NCBI GenBank assembly: GCA_946186925.1
Contig: CAMHPA010000002.1
Span: 30,668 to 94,667, forward strand
Source of the DNA: an uncultured Bacteroidota bacterium
GTDB taxonomy: Bacteria > Bacteroidota > Bacteroidia > Bacteroidales > SZUA-534
Direction of reading: 5' to 3'
DNA length: 64,000 nt
Shown here: positions 33,055 to 43,477 of the stretch, in pieces
Numbering within the stretch: the first letter of the stretch is position 1
Layout of the letters: every line of letters starts with the position of its first letter
Position numbers and translations under genes: made by a program
The notes under the pieces: generated by a model
Database searches by the model: none
Told to the model about the DNA's origin: nothing
What the model saw: only the letters and a program-made list of their open reading frames with translations

Positions 33055-34704
33055 TTACCTTCCATACCCCTCGCGGCAGAAAGCGATGCAGTAGAGGTTA
33101 TAGAGCATCATATAGTCCATTCCGTTGAAGTCGATGTCGCGGCAGGGGCGGCGCCGGCTTGGCCGCAGGTTTTCGGGCCAGACGCAGCGCGATGTTTCCG
33201 ACCAGTTATGCGCAAAGCGGTCAGCATCGGGGGCGCACTTGCCCGTGGGGCCGCAGAATGGCGCCTCATCGAGCAGCGACTCGTAAACAGCCCGCTCGTT
33301 GCGGTAGAGAGCGCTGTCGCGATGCAGATTGCAGCCTTCCAAGTCGTACAAAGCCAGATTTATTAGCGGCAAATGCTCATACACGGTTGGTTGCCCGGTT
33401 TGGCACGGGTCGTAGCTGCGGCGGTTTTTTAGCACAGTGTAGGTGCTGTCGCCCAGATAGTTGCTGGTGCTGGCCAGCGAGCGCACCTTATAATCGTCGT
33501 TGTTGGTGCCGAGCGCCAGATTGCAGATTCCCGCAACGCCCTTCATCAGCAGAATGTGCAGCTCATAAACGCCCGCCGTCAGCACGTCGATGGTGATTCT
33601 GACGCCACGACGGTTGTAGCCTGGCGCCAGTGTTGACAGAACGGCTTTGTCGATGGTTGTGTTGAAGCCGACGGTGAGAATGCTTTGAAACGCCCAACTG
33701 CCTTTCTTGCAACCTTTTACGCGGCACAAATCGCTGCCCGTAAACTCACGCCCCACGGCCACAAGCCCGTAGTTGTAAAACAGCCACGCGTCCCAGCCAA
33801 TATCGCCTGAGCCTTGCTGAACTTTTTTGCCGGTTACGGTGTTGCGCAGCACCCAATGGTTCTTCTTGAAAAGCAGCCGCAGCGGCTTATCGCTTTGAAA
33901 ACAAGTAACATACCGACTGATAATATCGCCCGCCCAAAGAGCGAAATCGACACTGTCGCCACGCAAAATGCCCTTTTCAGCCAGATACTGTGGAATAATA
34001 TCGGTTTTGAATGTAACGGGCACATTGGCAATATTTTCCGTTCCGGCAAGTTTGCCCACCAGCGCCAGACCTTCAATATTGTGGAACATCACGTCCTGAC
34101 TGATTTCTTCAAGAGGGCGCAACCCGCTGTAGAAGTTCGATATTACTTCGGACACGCCGAAATGCGACTGGTGCTTGTTCCAAAAGGCTGGCGAGATGTC
34201 GTCGCGCAAGTGCATTCCGTTAATGTCGGCCCGCGACGGCTCGTGAGTGGCAATTGCCGGTTTTTGCCCTATCTGGCCGATTATCTGCCGGCTTTTCAGA
34301 GAGTCGGCGGTGCTTCCTCCAAAGGCCAGCAATCCGTCGAACCGCCGCCAGTGCGATTCCGAGTATAAATCGAGCCTTTCGAGCGCCAGCATTGCGTAGT
34401 AGAGCTCGGCCAGCGTTTGCGAATAGTCCTGATGATTGGTTTTCAGCAGCCAGAGCTCGGTTGAGAGCAGCGACAGATAGTGGCTCATTATCGAGTTGCC
34501 GTCGGACCAGCTCACGGTGTCGCCGAAAATGTCGCCCGCCGGAATGTTAACACCTTCTTCTTCAACATCCTGGCTCACAACCACAAACCTTTCGCGCAAG
34601 CGGTCGCGGTAATGCCAGTATTTCTCAAGATTCCTTTGCGGGGATTGGCAAAAAGCACTGTTACAATTTATTACAACTAATAAAAGCAGTAATAGTCTGT
34701 TCAT
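33055..34704 (-). CDS. Hypothetical secreted protein (Cys-rich C-terminus)
   Basis: 549 aa. Signal peptide MNRLLLLLLVVINCNSAFCQ. I recognise no domain. Confidence 0.6.
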   Translation of the reverse strand: MNRLLLLLLVVINCNSAFCQSPQRNLEKYWHYRDRLRERFVVVSQDVEEEGVNIPAGDIFGDTVSWSDGNSIMSHYLSLLSTELWLLKTNHQDYSQTLAELYYAMLALERLDLYSESHWRRFDGLLAFGGSTADSLKSRQIIGQIGQKPAIATHEPSRADINGMHLRDDISPAFWNKHQSHFGVSEVISNFYSGLRPLEEISQDVMFHNIEGLALVGKLAGTENIANVPVTFKTDIIPQYLAEKGILRGDSVDFALWAGDIISRYVTCFQSDKPLRLLFKKNHWVLRNTVTGKKVQQGSGDIGWDAWLFYNYGLVAVGREFTGSDLCRVKGCKKGSWAFQSILTVGFNTTIDKAVLSTLAPGYNRRGVRITIDVLTAGVYELHILLMKGVAGICNLALGTNNDDYKVRSLASTSNYLGDSTYTVLKNRRSYDPCQTGQPTVYEHLPLINLALYDLEGCNLHRDSALYRNERAVYESLLDEAPFCGPTGKCAPDADRFAHNWSETSRCVWPENLRPSRRRPCRDIDFNGMDYMMLYNLYCIAFCREGYGR

Positions 34705-34715
34705 ATAAAACGGGG

Positions 34716-35252
34716 TTACTGCACGCCAGTTAATGTATAAGTAGTGCTGTCGGAATAAAACATTTTCAAAATACCGTATTCTAATGAATAATAAATCGTT
34801 TCAGGAAATACATAGTCATCAGTATCGTACCTTCTATACCAATTCAAAACATAAACATAATAATTTGAGTCGTTAATGGGGACATATTTAACAGTTTCGT
34901 AGTCATATATAATAATATAGTTATCTTTATGATATGACATATCAATTCTGCCGGTATTTTGCTCTATCCAAAAATATTCGGAATTGCTTTTATAAAACTT
35001 TATGGAATAGTCGTCCCAAAATCGGTTTTTAAATAACCGTTCGCAACGGGAATACTCGATTGAATCGGTCAAATGAATAGTCGTGCCGGTTTCGGGTGAA
35101 TAGTAGCTGAATGTCTGTCCGTTTTCATATTTGAGCGTCAATTCTTCAATATAGGTTTCATTGCCGTAGTCAGTATCATTGTCATAGGGTGTTTCAATTG
35201 TGCACGAAACCAAAGAAAAGGCCGCCAACAAGGGTAAAAACGTCTTTTTCAT
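34716..35252 (-). CDS. Small hypothetical lipoprotein, AT-rich
   Basis: 178 aa. Lipobox AAFSLVSCT. The C-terminal block YGILKMFYSD resembles NGILKYQYDD in the next ORF. Confidence 0.6.
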   Translation of the reverse strand: MKKTFLPLLAAFSLVSCTIETPYDNDTDYGNETYIEELTLKYENGQTFSYYSPETGTTIHLTDSIEYSRCERLFKNRFWDDYSIKFYKSNSEYFWIEQNTGRIDMSYHKDNYIIIYDYETVKYVPINDSNYYVYVLNWYRRYDTDDYVFPETIYYSLEYGILKMFYSDSTTYTLTGVQ

Positions 35253-35260
35253 AGTGTTAA

Positions 35261-35755
35261 TTATTTGTTTGTCAAAAGAATATACTCATTGTCATCATAT
35301 TGGTATTTTAGAATACCATTTTTGGGTGAAATATAAAATGTATGGGCCACAATGGCAGTATCCACATCATTCAGGAAAAACTTGTAAACATCTTTGTATG
35401 TGTGTTCATTGATGGACATTTTTTTGGCAGTCGAATCTTGCTCATAAAAAAATTGTTTGTTATCGAAAACAACCGACAACCAAAAATCGGTTTCTTTATA
35501 CCCTATTATGTATTTGACGCCATTGCTTACATTCACGTATGTGCAATGAATTATCTCCCAATAGTGTTTATCAGAGTCTTCTAAATCATAATCTTTATAC
35601 ATCAAATACAGCGTGTCGGTTTTTTTCAGCGAACTTGATTCATAATAATATGCGCCGATTTTGTATTCCGGATAAATCGAATCGACTATATAATCATCAC
35701 CACAACCGCAAAACGCAGCAATAGCAAACAAAGAAATTGGAATTAGTTTTTTCAT
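35261..35755 (-). CDS. Small hypothetical lipoprotein, AT-rich (paralog of 34716..35252)
   Basis: The ATG at 35755 gives MKKLIPISLFAIAAFCGCGDD (lipobox). It lies 8 nt upstream of the next gene. Confidence 0.6.
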   Translation of the reverse strand: MKKLIPISLFAIAAFCGCGDDYIVDSIYPEYKIGAYYYESSSLKKTDTLYLMYKDYDLEDSDKHYWEIIHCTYVNVSNGVKYIIGYKETDFWLSVVFDNKQFFYEQDSTAKKMSINEHTYKDVYKFFLNDVDTAIVAHTFYISPKNGILKYQYDDNEYILLTNK

Positions 35756-35934
35756 AATGTTAGATTTTAAAATGTTACACAATAATAACAATTAAAAGTG
35801 GGATAACCCTACCCGAATTTGATATTTTTGCCTTGAAAAACGAAAAAACCGATGGCCGGCACCTACATTCGGCTGTTTCATCCCGATTGGCAAAAAATTT
35901 GCTTGTTCCTCCTCGAAAAATCGGTACGGAAGAA

Positions 35935-35942
35935 TAAATTTG
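35935..35942 (+). promoter_or_regulatory. -7 box (TAAATTTG)
   Basis: It ends 19 nt upstream of the ATG at 35962. Confidence 0.4.
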
Positions 35943-35961
35943 CAGTTCTGATTACGAATCG

Positions 35962-38271
35962 ATGAAAAAACTGGCGTCAATAGTGATGTTTTTGTCCCTG
36001 ACAGCGGCAACGGCCAGCGCGCAGAGCGTAGGCGTGGTGCTCAGCGGCGGCGGTGCCAAAGGTCTGGCCCACGTGGGTCTGCTCAAGGTGCTCGAGGAGA
36101 ACAACATCCCCATCGACTACATCTGCGGCACGTCAATCGGCGCCATCATCGGGTCGCTTTACGCGATAGGCTACTCACCCGACCAGATGGCCGAGCTGCT
36201 CCAGTCGGAGGAGTTTCTGCGCTGGTCGAAGGGCGATATGAGCCCCGAGGAGCAGTACTACTACAAAACCAAGATTGAGGGCGCCGAGTGGGTTAGCGTC
36301 AGGCTCAAGCGCGACGGATCGTCGGTGAACGCCGTGCTGCCAACCAACATCATCGAGCCGGAGCAGATGGACTTCCGCTTTATGCAGATTTACGCCCAGG
36401 GAGCGGCCCGCGCGGGCTACGACTTCAACCGGCTCTTTGTGCCATTTTTCTGCGTGGCCTCCGATGTGCACAACAACCGCCCCGTGGTTTTCACGCAGGG
36501 CAACCTGTCGCAGGCCGTCCGCGCATCGATGACCTTTCCGGGATACTTCAAGCCCCTCACCATCGACGGCGAGCTGATTTTCGACGGCGGAATGCAGAAC
36601 AACTTTCCGTCGGACCTGATGGACGAGAAATTCCACCCCGATGTGATTATCGGCTGCACCGTGACCGAGAATCCCGAAAAACCGACTGACGACGATGTGG
36701 TGCTGCTCGCAATGAACTTCTTTATGCGCAAGACCAACTTCACCATTCCCGGCAAGGGCGTGCTCATTGCTCCAAAGCTGAGCCAGTACGGACTGATGGA
36801 TTTTGAAAAGTTCGACGAGATTTCAACCATCGGCTACAATGCCACAATGGCCAAAATCGATTCAATCAAGGCGCTGGTGAGCCGCCGTGTGAGCGCCGAC
36901 TCGCTGGCACAGCGCCGTGCCGAGTTTGTCAGGGGCGAGCCCGGTCTGGTGTTCGGCAACGTGATTGTGAGCGGCGTTGACGATTTGGCGTCGGGCTACA
37001 TTGAGCAGAGCATCAAGCGCGGCAAGGATACGTTTGATTTTCACGCACTTGAGAGCGGCTACTTCCGCCTCACATCCGACAAGATTCTGCAATCAATCTA
37101 CCCGCAGGCGCAGTACAACAATGCGACGGGTCATTTCGACCTTAAACTGGATGTGTCTTCGCAGAGGTCGTTCAACGTGAAGTTTGGCGGCAATCTGTCG
37201 TCGTCGAACCGCAGTTTCGCGCAGGTGGGCGCCGAGTACGTCTTTATGCACCGCAACATCTACAACGCCTCGGTCAACGTGGCGGCCGGCCAGTTCTACA
37301 ACTCGGCCAACGCGCTTTTCCGCATCGACCTGTCGCCGCGCAACATCATACAGCGTATGCCGCCGTTTTTTGCCGATTTTCGCGCAGCCTACAGCCGCTG
37401 GGACTACTTCAAGACCACCAACGAGCTCTTCTTCGACAGTGAGGCGCTCTCGCAGGTCATCAACACCGACAAGTATGTGGGCCTCGACCTCGGCGTGCCG
37501 GTCTATAACCGCGGCATTGCAACCATCGGCGTGGCGCTGGGAACAATGTACTACAACTATTTTCAATCGACCAACATCAACAAGAGCGACAACGCCGACG
37601 AGACGCAGACCGACTATTTTGACCTGAAGCTGAAGTATGAGTACAATATGCTCAACTTCCGCCAGTACGCCAACAGCGGGCGCTATTTCTCAATTCAGGG
37701 CAGCTACGTTTTCGGCAACGAGGAGTACAGCCCGGGTAGCACGGCCAAGCCCTACGAGTCGGCCGGCAGCGTGAGCGCGCGCCACCAGTGGGGAACCGTC
37801 AGGCTGCACCATATCCGCTACCTGAACGCCGGCCACTATTTCAGCCTCGGATTCCAAACTATTGCCAGCATCAGCAACAAACCCGATTTTGCCAACAGCA
37901 TAGCCTCGCTGCTCACCGCCGAGCCTTTCAACCCGTTCCCGCAGTGCCAGGCGCAGATTCTTGAGAAATACCGCGCCAACCAGTGGGTTGGTTTCGGCCT
38001 GATGCCGGTTCTCAACTTCACCGACAGGGTGCAGCTGCGCACCGAGCTGCACATTTTCCAGCCCTATCGCTATATCAGCACGCAGAGCTACCAGACATCG
38101 TACAGCGAGGAGTTCCCGATGCCGCGCTTTATGGGCAACGCCGCCTTTGTATGGCACACTCCGGTGGGCCCGCTCGCCGCCACTGGCAGCTACTACTACA
38201 AAGAGGAGAAGCCGTTCCACTTCCAAATCAATCTTGGGTTTATGCTATTTAACAGGCGAGGAACGGAATAA
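35962..38271 (+). CDS. Patatin-like phospholipase fused to a C-terminal outer-membrane beta-barrel-like region
   Basis: 769 aa with a signal peptide. Patatin motifs GVVLSGGGAKG, GTSIGA (GxSxG) and FDGG. The C-terminal ~400 aa has an alternating pattern and ends aromatic (...FQINLGFMLF). Confidence 0.8.
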   Translation: MKKLASIVMFLSLTAATASAQSVGVVLSGGGAKGLAHVGLLKVLEENNIPIDYICGTSIGAIIGSLYAIGYSPDQMAELLQSEEFLRWSKGDMSPEEQYYYKTKIEGAEWVSVRLKRDGSSVNAVLPTNIIEPEQMDFRFMQIYAQGAARAGYDFNRLFVPFFCVASDVHNNRPVVFTQGNLSQAVRASMTFPGYFKPLTIDGELIFDGGMQNNFPSDLMDEKFHPDVIIGCTVTENPEKPTDDDVVLLAMNFFMRKTNFTIPGKGVLIAPKLSQYGLMDFEKFDEISTIGYNATMAKIDSIKALVSRRVSADSLAQRRAEFVRGEPGLVFGNVIVSGVDDLASGYIEQSIKRGKDTFDFHALESGYFRLTSDKILQSIYPQAQYNNATGHFDLKLDVSSQRSFNVKFGGNLSSSNRSFAQVGAEYVFMHRNIYNASVNVAAGQFYNSANALFRIDLSPRNIIQRMPPFFADFRAAYSRWDYFKTTNELFFDSEALSQVINTDKYVGLDLGVPVYNRGIATIGVALGTMYYNYFQSTNINKSDNADETQTDYFDLKLKYEYNMLNFRQYANSGRYFSIQGSYVFGNEEYSPGSTAKPYESAGSVSARHQWGTVRLHHIRYLNAGHYFSLGFQTIASISNKPDFANSIASLLTAEPFNPFPQCQAQILEKYRANQWVGFGLMPVLNFTDRVQLRTELHIFQPYRYISTQSYQTSYSEEFPMPRFMGNAAFVWHTPVGPLAATGSYYYKEEKPFHFQINLGFMLFNRRGTE

Positions 38272-38523
38272 TCTTTTTTTCGAAAGATTTTTCAAAAAAG
38301 CACAACCTATGCAGCAATCTTGCACAGGCTGCCATTACTATTGCGCCCTGAATAGTAACTGATTGTAAAAATTTTTCGATTATGATTATCAAAGAAATAC
38401 CAGAAATGTTTCAGACAAACGGCTGATAACAAGCATCTTGTGGCATCGTCAAAACTTATCAACACCGATATTTTCCAAGCATCAAAAACCTATCTTTAGA
38501 AACTCAAAAAAACAGATTCCGCT

Positions 38524-41500
38524 ATGTTCTTAATCTTTGACACAGAGACAACTGGCTTGCCAAAAAACTATAAGGCGCCGCTCACCGATTTTGAAAACTG
38601 GCCAAGACTTGTGCAGCTGGCCTGGCAGTGCCACGATGTGGACGGGAAATTCATGTTTGCCAAAAATCACGTTGTCAAGCCGGTAGGGTTCACTATCCCT
38701 GACGATGTGGTCAAAGTGCATCACATAACGACGGAAAAAGCGCTTGCAATAGGCGAGGATTTGAAGACAGTGCTGGAGGAGTTTGCCGCCGATGTTCGTA
38801 AGGCAACGGTTGTTGTGGGACACAATATAGGGTTCGATATGAGCATTGTGGGCAGTGAGTATCTGCGTTGCGGAATGGAAAACGTGCTGGCCTCAGCTCG
38901 CACGCTCTGCACAAAAGAGACCTCGACCGACTTCTGCGGCATTATGCAGAAGGGCAAACCAAAATGGCCGAATCTGACTGAATTGCACCAGAAACTGTTC
39001 GGCGAACCATTCACCGACGCTCACAACGCCGCCGGCGATGTGGTGGCCACAACCCGCTGTTTTCTTGAGCTGGTGCGCATAGGCGTGGTTGGCGCCGCGC
39101 AGCTGAACATCAGCGATGCCGAGCTTGAAGAGTTTAAGCGCTGCAACCCCGAGACCATTCAACCCGAACCGGTTGAGTTTGAATCGTTTGAAATTCCATC
39201 GGTGCAACCCGAGCCAGCACAGGCGTCAAACGAGGCTGAGGTGCCAGCCGCTGAAGCAGTTGCCGCACAACCTCAGCCGACTACCGGAAAAGAAACCGAA
39301 ACAAAACCACAACCTATTGACATAAAAAATGTTGCGTTCACTCACTTGCATGTCCACTCTCACTACTCAATACTTGACGGAATGTCGAAGGTGGACGAGC
39401 TGATAAACAAGTGCATGCGCAACAATATGCACGCCATGGCGCTGACAGATCATGGTAACATGTTCGGAATCAAAGACTTGATTGATACCAGCAACAAGGT
39501 GAACGGAGCGCCAAAAAAGAAAGTGAAAGAGTGTCAGGAGGAGCTTGACAAAGAGACTGATGAGGCTAAGAAAGCCGAAATCCAGAAAAAACTCGACGAT
39601 CTGAAAGCCAAGGCCGAGGCGTTCGTGCCTTTCAAGCCGATTATCGGCATTGAGGCCTACTGCGCCCGCCGTACGCTCTACGATAAGGACAAGGATGTGA
39701 AGGAAATTTCAGCCGAAACCGGTAAAGAGCGCATTATCGACCGTAGCGGCTGGCACCTTATCTTGCTGGCGAAAAACAAGAAGGGATACCAAAGCCTGTG
39801 CAAACTGGCGTCAATCGCCTATACCGATGGATTCTACGACCGTCCCCGCATTGATCATAATCTACTTGAAAAATGGCATGAGGGAGTCATTTGCTGCTCG
39901 GCGTGCCTTGGTGGTGAGGTGCCACAGTACATTCTGGCTGGCGATTTGGCCAAAGCCGAGGAGTCGGTGATATGGTTCAAGAATCTTTTTGGCGATGACT
40001 ATTATATTGAGCTTCAGCGACATAAAACCAACAAACGCAATGCCGCCACCGACACCTATGAGAAACAGGTGAAGGTGAACAAGGTGCTGATTGAGCTGGC
40101 TCGCAAGCACAATATCAAGCTGGTAGCAACCAACGACGTTCACTTTGTTGAGGAGGAGCACGGTGAGGCGCATGAGCGCTTGGTGTGCCTGAGCACCGGA
40201 ACCAGGCTTACCGACCCCAACCGCGGCATGGCTTACACCAAGCAGGAGTGGCTGAAGACACCGGAAGAGATGGCCGCCATTTTTGCCGATCTTCCGGAAG
40301 CGCTCGCCAACACGCAGGAAATTGCCGACAAAGTTGAGGTATACAGTATTGATTCTGACCCGATTATGCCAAAATTCCCGATTCCGGCCGATTTTGGAAC
40401 TGAGGAGGAATACCGCAAAAAAATCTCCGAAAAAGAGCTTTTCGATGAGTTCACTCAAAACGAGAAGCATGAGGTTGTTTTGAGTCAGGAAGATGCTGAG
40501 AAAAAAATCAAGAAATTGGGAGGGTACGACAAGTTATATAGAATAAAGCTTGAAGCCGATTACCTTGCAAAACTCACATGGGAGGGAGCACAGAAACGCT
40601 ACGGCGATAGTCTGACTGACGAGCAAAAAGAGCGTATCATTTTTGAGCTGCACATAATGAAGACGATGGGTTTTCCGGGCTATTTCCTTATAGTTCAAGA
40701 CTATATCCGTGCCGCCCGTGAGGAGCTTGGCGTGAGTGTGGGCCCGGGGCGTGGTTCAGCGGCAGGCTCGGTAGTGGCCTACTGCTTGGGCATCACCGAT
40801 CTCGACCCGCTCAAGTACGATCTTCTGTTCGAGCGTTTCCTCAACCCTGACCGTATCTCATTGCCCGATATCGATGTCGATTTCGATGATGAAGGTCGAG
40901 GCAAGGTTTTGGACTGGGTGACACAGAAATATGGTGCCGAGAAAGTGGCGCACATCATCACATACGGAACCATGGCCACCAAATCGTCGATTGCCGACGT
41001 GTGCCGTGTGCAAGACATTCCAATCCCCATGTCGAATGCCATGAAGAAACTGGTTCCCGAACGCGATTTCCCTGAGAATCAAGTAAAAGCGGTTGAGGGC
41101 ACTCTGCCAAAAAAAATGCCAAAGGTGAATCTGAAAAACTGCTACAAGTATGTGCCTGAGTTTCAGAAACTTTTAGGCGGACATGATACTGATGAGATAC
41201 ATCTTGGCGAGTATGCTGAGGTTGTTCCCGACGTACTGACCTACGCGGAGCAGCTCGAGGATACCAACCGTCAGATTGGCATTCATGCCTGCGGCGTCAT
41301 TATCGGCGCCGACGACCTAACCAAATTTGCTCCGGTTTGTACAGTAAGAGATAAAAAGAGCGGGCAGGATGTTGTTGTGACGCAATACGACGGACACGTT
41401 GTTGAGAGTGTCGGCTTAATCAAAATGGACTTTTTGGGATTGAGCACGCTTTCTCTCATCAAGGAAGCTATTGCCAACGTGAAGAAAACACGCGGCATCG

Positions 41501-43368
41501 ATGTCGATATCGACCATATTCCAATCGATGACAAACTCACATACAAACTCTACAGTGAGGGTCGCACCATCGGCACGTTCCAGTTCGAAAGTCCCGGCAT
41601 GCAGAAGTATCTGCGCGAGCTGCAACCCACACAAATCACCGACCTGATAGCCATGAACGCTCTCTACCGCCCGGGCCCGATGGACTACATTCCGCAGTTC
41701 ATCCGCCGGAAAAAGGGCACAGAACCTATCACTTACGATATTCCGGTGATGGAGAAGTATCTGAAAGACACTTACGGAGTTACCGTCTATCAAGAACAGG
41801 TGATGCTGCTGAGCCGCCTGCTGGCCGATTTCACCCGTGGCGAGGCCGATACCCTGCGTAAGGCGATGGGTAAAAAAATTGCCGCAATGCTGGCTATGCT
41901 GAAGCCGAAATTTATTGAGGGCGGCAAAAAGAACGGCCACGATGAGAAGACTCTGCTCAAGATCTGGGCCGACTGGGAAAAATTCGCATCATACGCTTTC
42001 AACAAATCGCATGCCGCATGCTACGCCTGGGTGGCTTATCAGACAGGCTACCTTAAGGCGCACTATCCGGCCGAATATATGGCTGCCAACCTCACGCAAA
42101 GCAAAGACTCAATTACCGATGTGCAGAAGTTTATGGAGGAGTGCAAGTCCATGAAGATTTTGGTCAAAGGACCTGACATCAACGAGTCGGAGCTCAACTT
42201 CACGGTTAACAAGAAGGGTGAGATTCTTTTCGGTCTTGGCGGAATCAAAGGTGTTGGCGGCGGCGCTGTTGAAGCCATCGTCAGCGAGCGCCAGAAGAAC
42301 GGCAAGTTCAAAGACATTTACGACTTTGTCGAGAGGGTGAATCTGTCATCTTGCAATTCAAAAACTGTTGAAAGTCTTGCCATAGCAGGCGCATTTGATA
42401 ACCTCGGTGTCCGTCGCGAGGTGTTTATAATGAAGCTGCCCGATGGCACAAAATTCCTCGATACCCTGATGCACTACGGCAACGTTTTCCAAACCGACAA
42501 GCAGATGAACACCAACACACTGTTTGGCGCCATCAGCGAGACAGTGGCCATACCTCACCCGCACATGCCCGACTTCCCCGACATGCCGCTGCTCGAGAAG
42601 CTCAACATGGAAAAGGAGCTTGTGGGAATCTTCCTTTCGGGGCATCCGCTCGACCCGTTCCGCTTTGAGCTTGAGCATTTCTGCACCGTGTCGCCCGTCG
42701 AAATCAGCGACGAAACCAAACTCAACGCCTTTCTCAACCGCGAAGTGTCATTCGGCGGCCTGGTAACTGATGCGTTCGACAGCCTCACGAAAAGCAACAA
42801 GCCCTATATGAAGTTCACTATTGAGGATTACAACGGCGGATGCAGTATCGCTCTTTTCGGAAAAGACTACGAGGCTTACAGCAAAATGATTAGCAAGAAC
42901 AGCATGCTCTACATCAAAGCCAGGATAGAAGAACGCAAATACCCCGACAAAGACGGCAAGACTCCGCCCGAAATAAAGGTGCAGAGCATCAAAATGCTTA
43001 GCAATATCCGCGCCGATATGGTGAACAAGCTTACCATCAACATCAGCATTGAGGATGTGAACAAAAGCAACATTGAGCTGATAAAGAACGTGATAAGCAA
43101 CAAAGGCAAAGTGGCGCTATACTTCAGAGTCATCGATCCCGAAACCGGTGTGAGCATCAACCTGCTGTCGCACGCGGCGGCAATCGAGATGACTAATGAG
43201 CTTGTTGATTTTCTTGACAAGAATGATAGCGTCCTCACCTATACGCTGAACAACGGGCAGCTGAAGCGGCGCCGCCAGAGCATTGCGGCTGTCGCTCAGG
43301 AACAATCTGACGATGACAACAACTTGGATGACAAGCCGCCAATCGACCCAATTGACGATGACGAATAA
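38524..43368 (+). CDS. dnaE: DNA polymerase III alpha subunit (DnaE type) with an N-terminally fused DEDDh 3'-5' exonuclease domain
   Basis: 1614 aa. Exo I FDTETTGL, Exo II GHNIGFDMS, Exo III HNAAGDV. A P/E/Q/A-rich linker follows, then the PHP motif FTHLHVHSHYSILDG, the polymerase core (...LPDIDVDF...) and an OB-fold region. The acidic C-terminal tail is ...DDDNNLDDKPPIDPIDDDE. Confidence 0.9.
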   Translation: MFLIFDTETTGLPKNYKAPLTDFENWPRLVQLAWQCHDVDGKFMFAKNHVVKPVGFTIPDDVVKVHHITTEKALAIGEDLKTVLEEFAADVRKATVVVGHNIGFDMSIVGSEYLRCGMENVLASARTLCTKETSTDFCGIMQKGKPKWPNLTELHQKLFGEPFTDAHNAAGDVVATTRCFLELVRIGVVGAAQLNISDAELEEFKRCNPETIQPEPVEFESFEIPSVQPEPAQASNEAEVPAAEAVAAQPQPTTGKETETKPQPIDIKNVAFTHLHVHSHYSILDGMSKVDELINKCMRNNMHAMALTDHGNMFGIKDLIDTSNKVNGAPKKKVKECQEELDKETDEAKKAEIQKKLDDLKAKAEAFVPFKPIIGIEAYCARRTLYDKDKDVKEISAETGKERIIDRSGWHLILLAKNKKGYQSLCKLASIAYTDGFYDRPRIDHNLLEKWHEGVICCSACLGGEVPQYILAGDLAKAEESVIWFKNLFGDDYYIELQRHKTNKRNAATDTYEKQVKVNKVLIELARKHNIKLVATNDVHFVEEEHGEAHERLVCLSTGTRLTDPNRGMAYTKQEWLKTPEEMAAIFADLPEALANTQEIADKVEVYSIDSDPIMPKFPIPADFGTEEEYRKKISEKELFDEFTQNEKHEVVLSQEDAEKKIKKLGGYDKLYRIKLEADYLAKLTWEGAQKRYGDSLTDEQKERIIFELHIMKTMGFPGYFLIVQDYIRAAREELGVSVGPGRGSAAGSVVAYCLGITDLDPLKYDLLFERFLNPDRISLPDIDVDFDDEGRGKVLDWVTQKYGAEKVAHIITYGTMATKSSIADVCRVQDIPIPMSNAMKKLVPERDFPENQVKAVEGTLPKKMPKVNLKNCYKYVPEFQKLLGGHDTDEIHLGEYAEVVPDVLTYAEQLEDTNRQIGIHACGVIIGADDLTKFAPVCTVRDKKSGQDVVVTQYDGHVVESVGLIKMDFLGLSTLSLIKEAIANVKKTRGIDVDIDHIPIDDKLTYKLYSEGRTIGTFQFESPGMQKYLRELQPTQITDLIAMNALYRPGPMDYIPQFIRRKKGTEPITYDIPVMEKYLKDTYGVTVYQEQVMLLSRLLADFTRGEADTLRKAMGKKIAAMLAMLKPKFIEGGKKNGHDEKTLLKIWADWEKFASYAFNKSHAACYAWVAYQTGYLKAHYPAEYMAANLTQSKDSITDVQKFMEECKSMKILVKGPDINESELNFTVNKKGEILFGLGGIKGVGGGAVEAIVSERQKNGKFKDIYDFVERVNLSSCNSKTVESLAIAGAFDNLGVRREVFIMKLPDGTKFLDTLMHYGNVFQTDKQMNTNTLFGAISETVAIPHPHMPDFPDMPLLEKLNMEKELVGIFLSGHPLDPFRFELEHFCTVSPVEISDETKLNAFLNREVSFGGLVTDAFDSLTKSNKPYMKFTIEDYNGGCSIALFGKDYEAYSKMISKNSMLYIKARIEERKYPDKDGKTPPEIKVQSIKMLSNIRADMVNKLTINISIEDVNKSNIELIKNVISNKGKVALYFRVIDPETGVSINLLSHAAAIEMTNELVDFLDKNDSVLTYTLNNGQLKRRRQSIAAVAQEQSDDDNNLDDKPPIDPIDDDE

Positions 43369-43477
43369 ATTTTGGTAACAACCGTCGGAAGTTTTGTTAT
43401 ATTGCGCCGCCTTTTCGGGCAGCAAACTCCGTTGTGGTGTTGTCCCAATGGAAAAAACATAACAAAATTGATTAATA

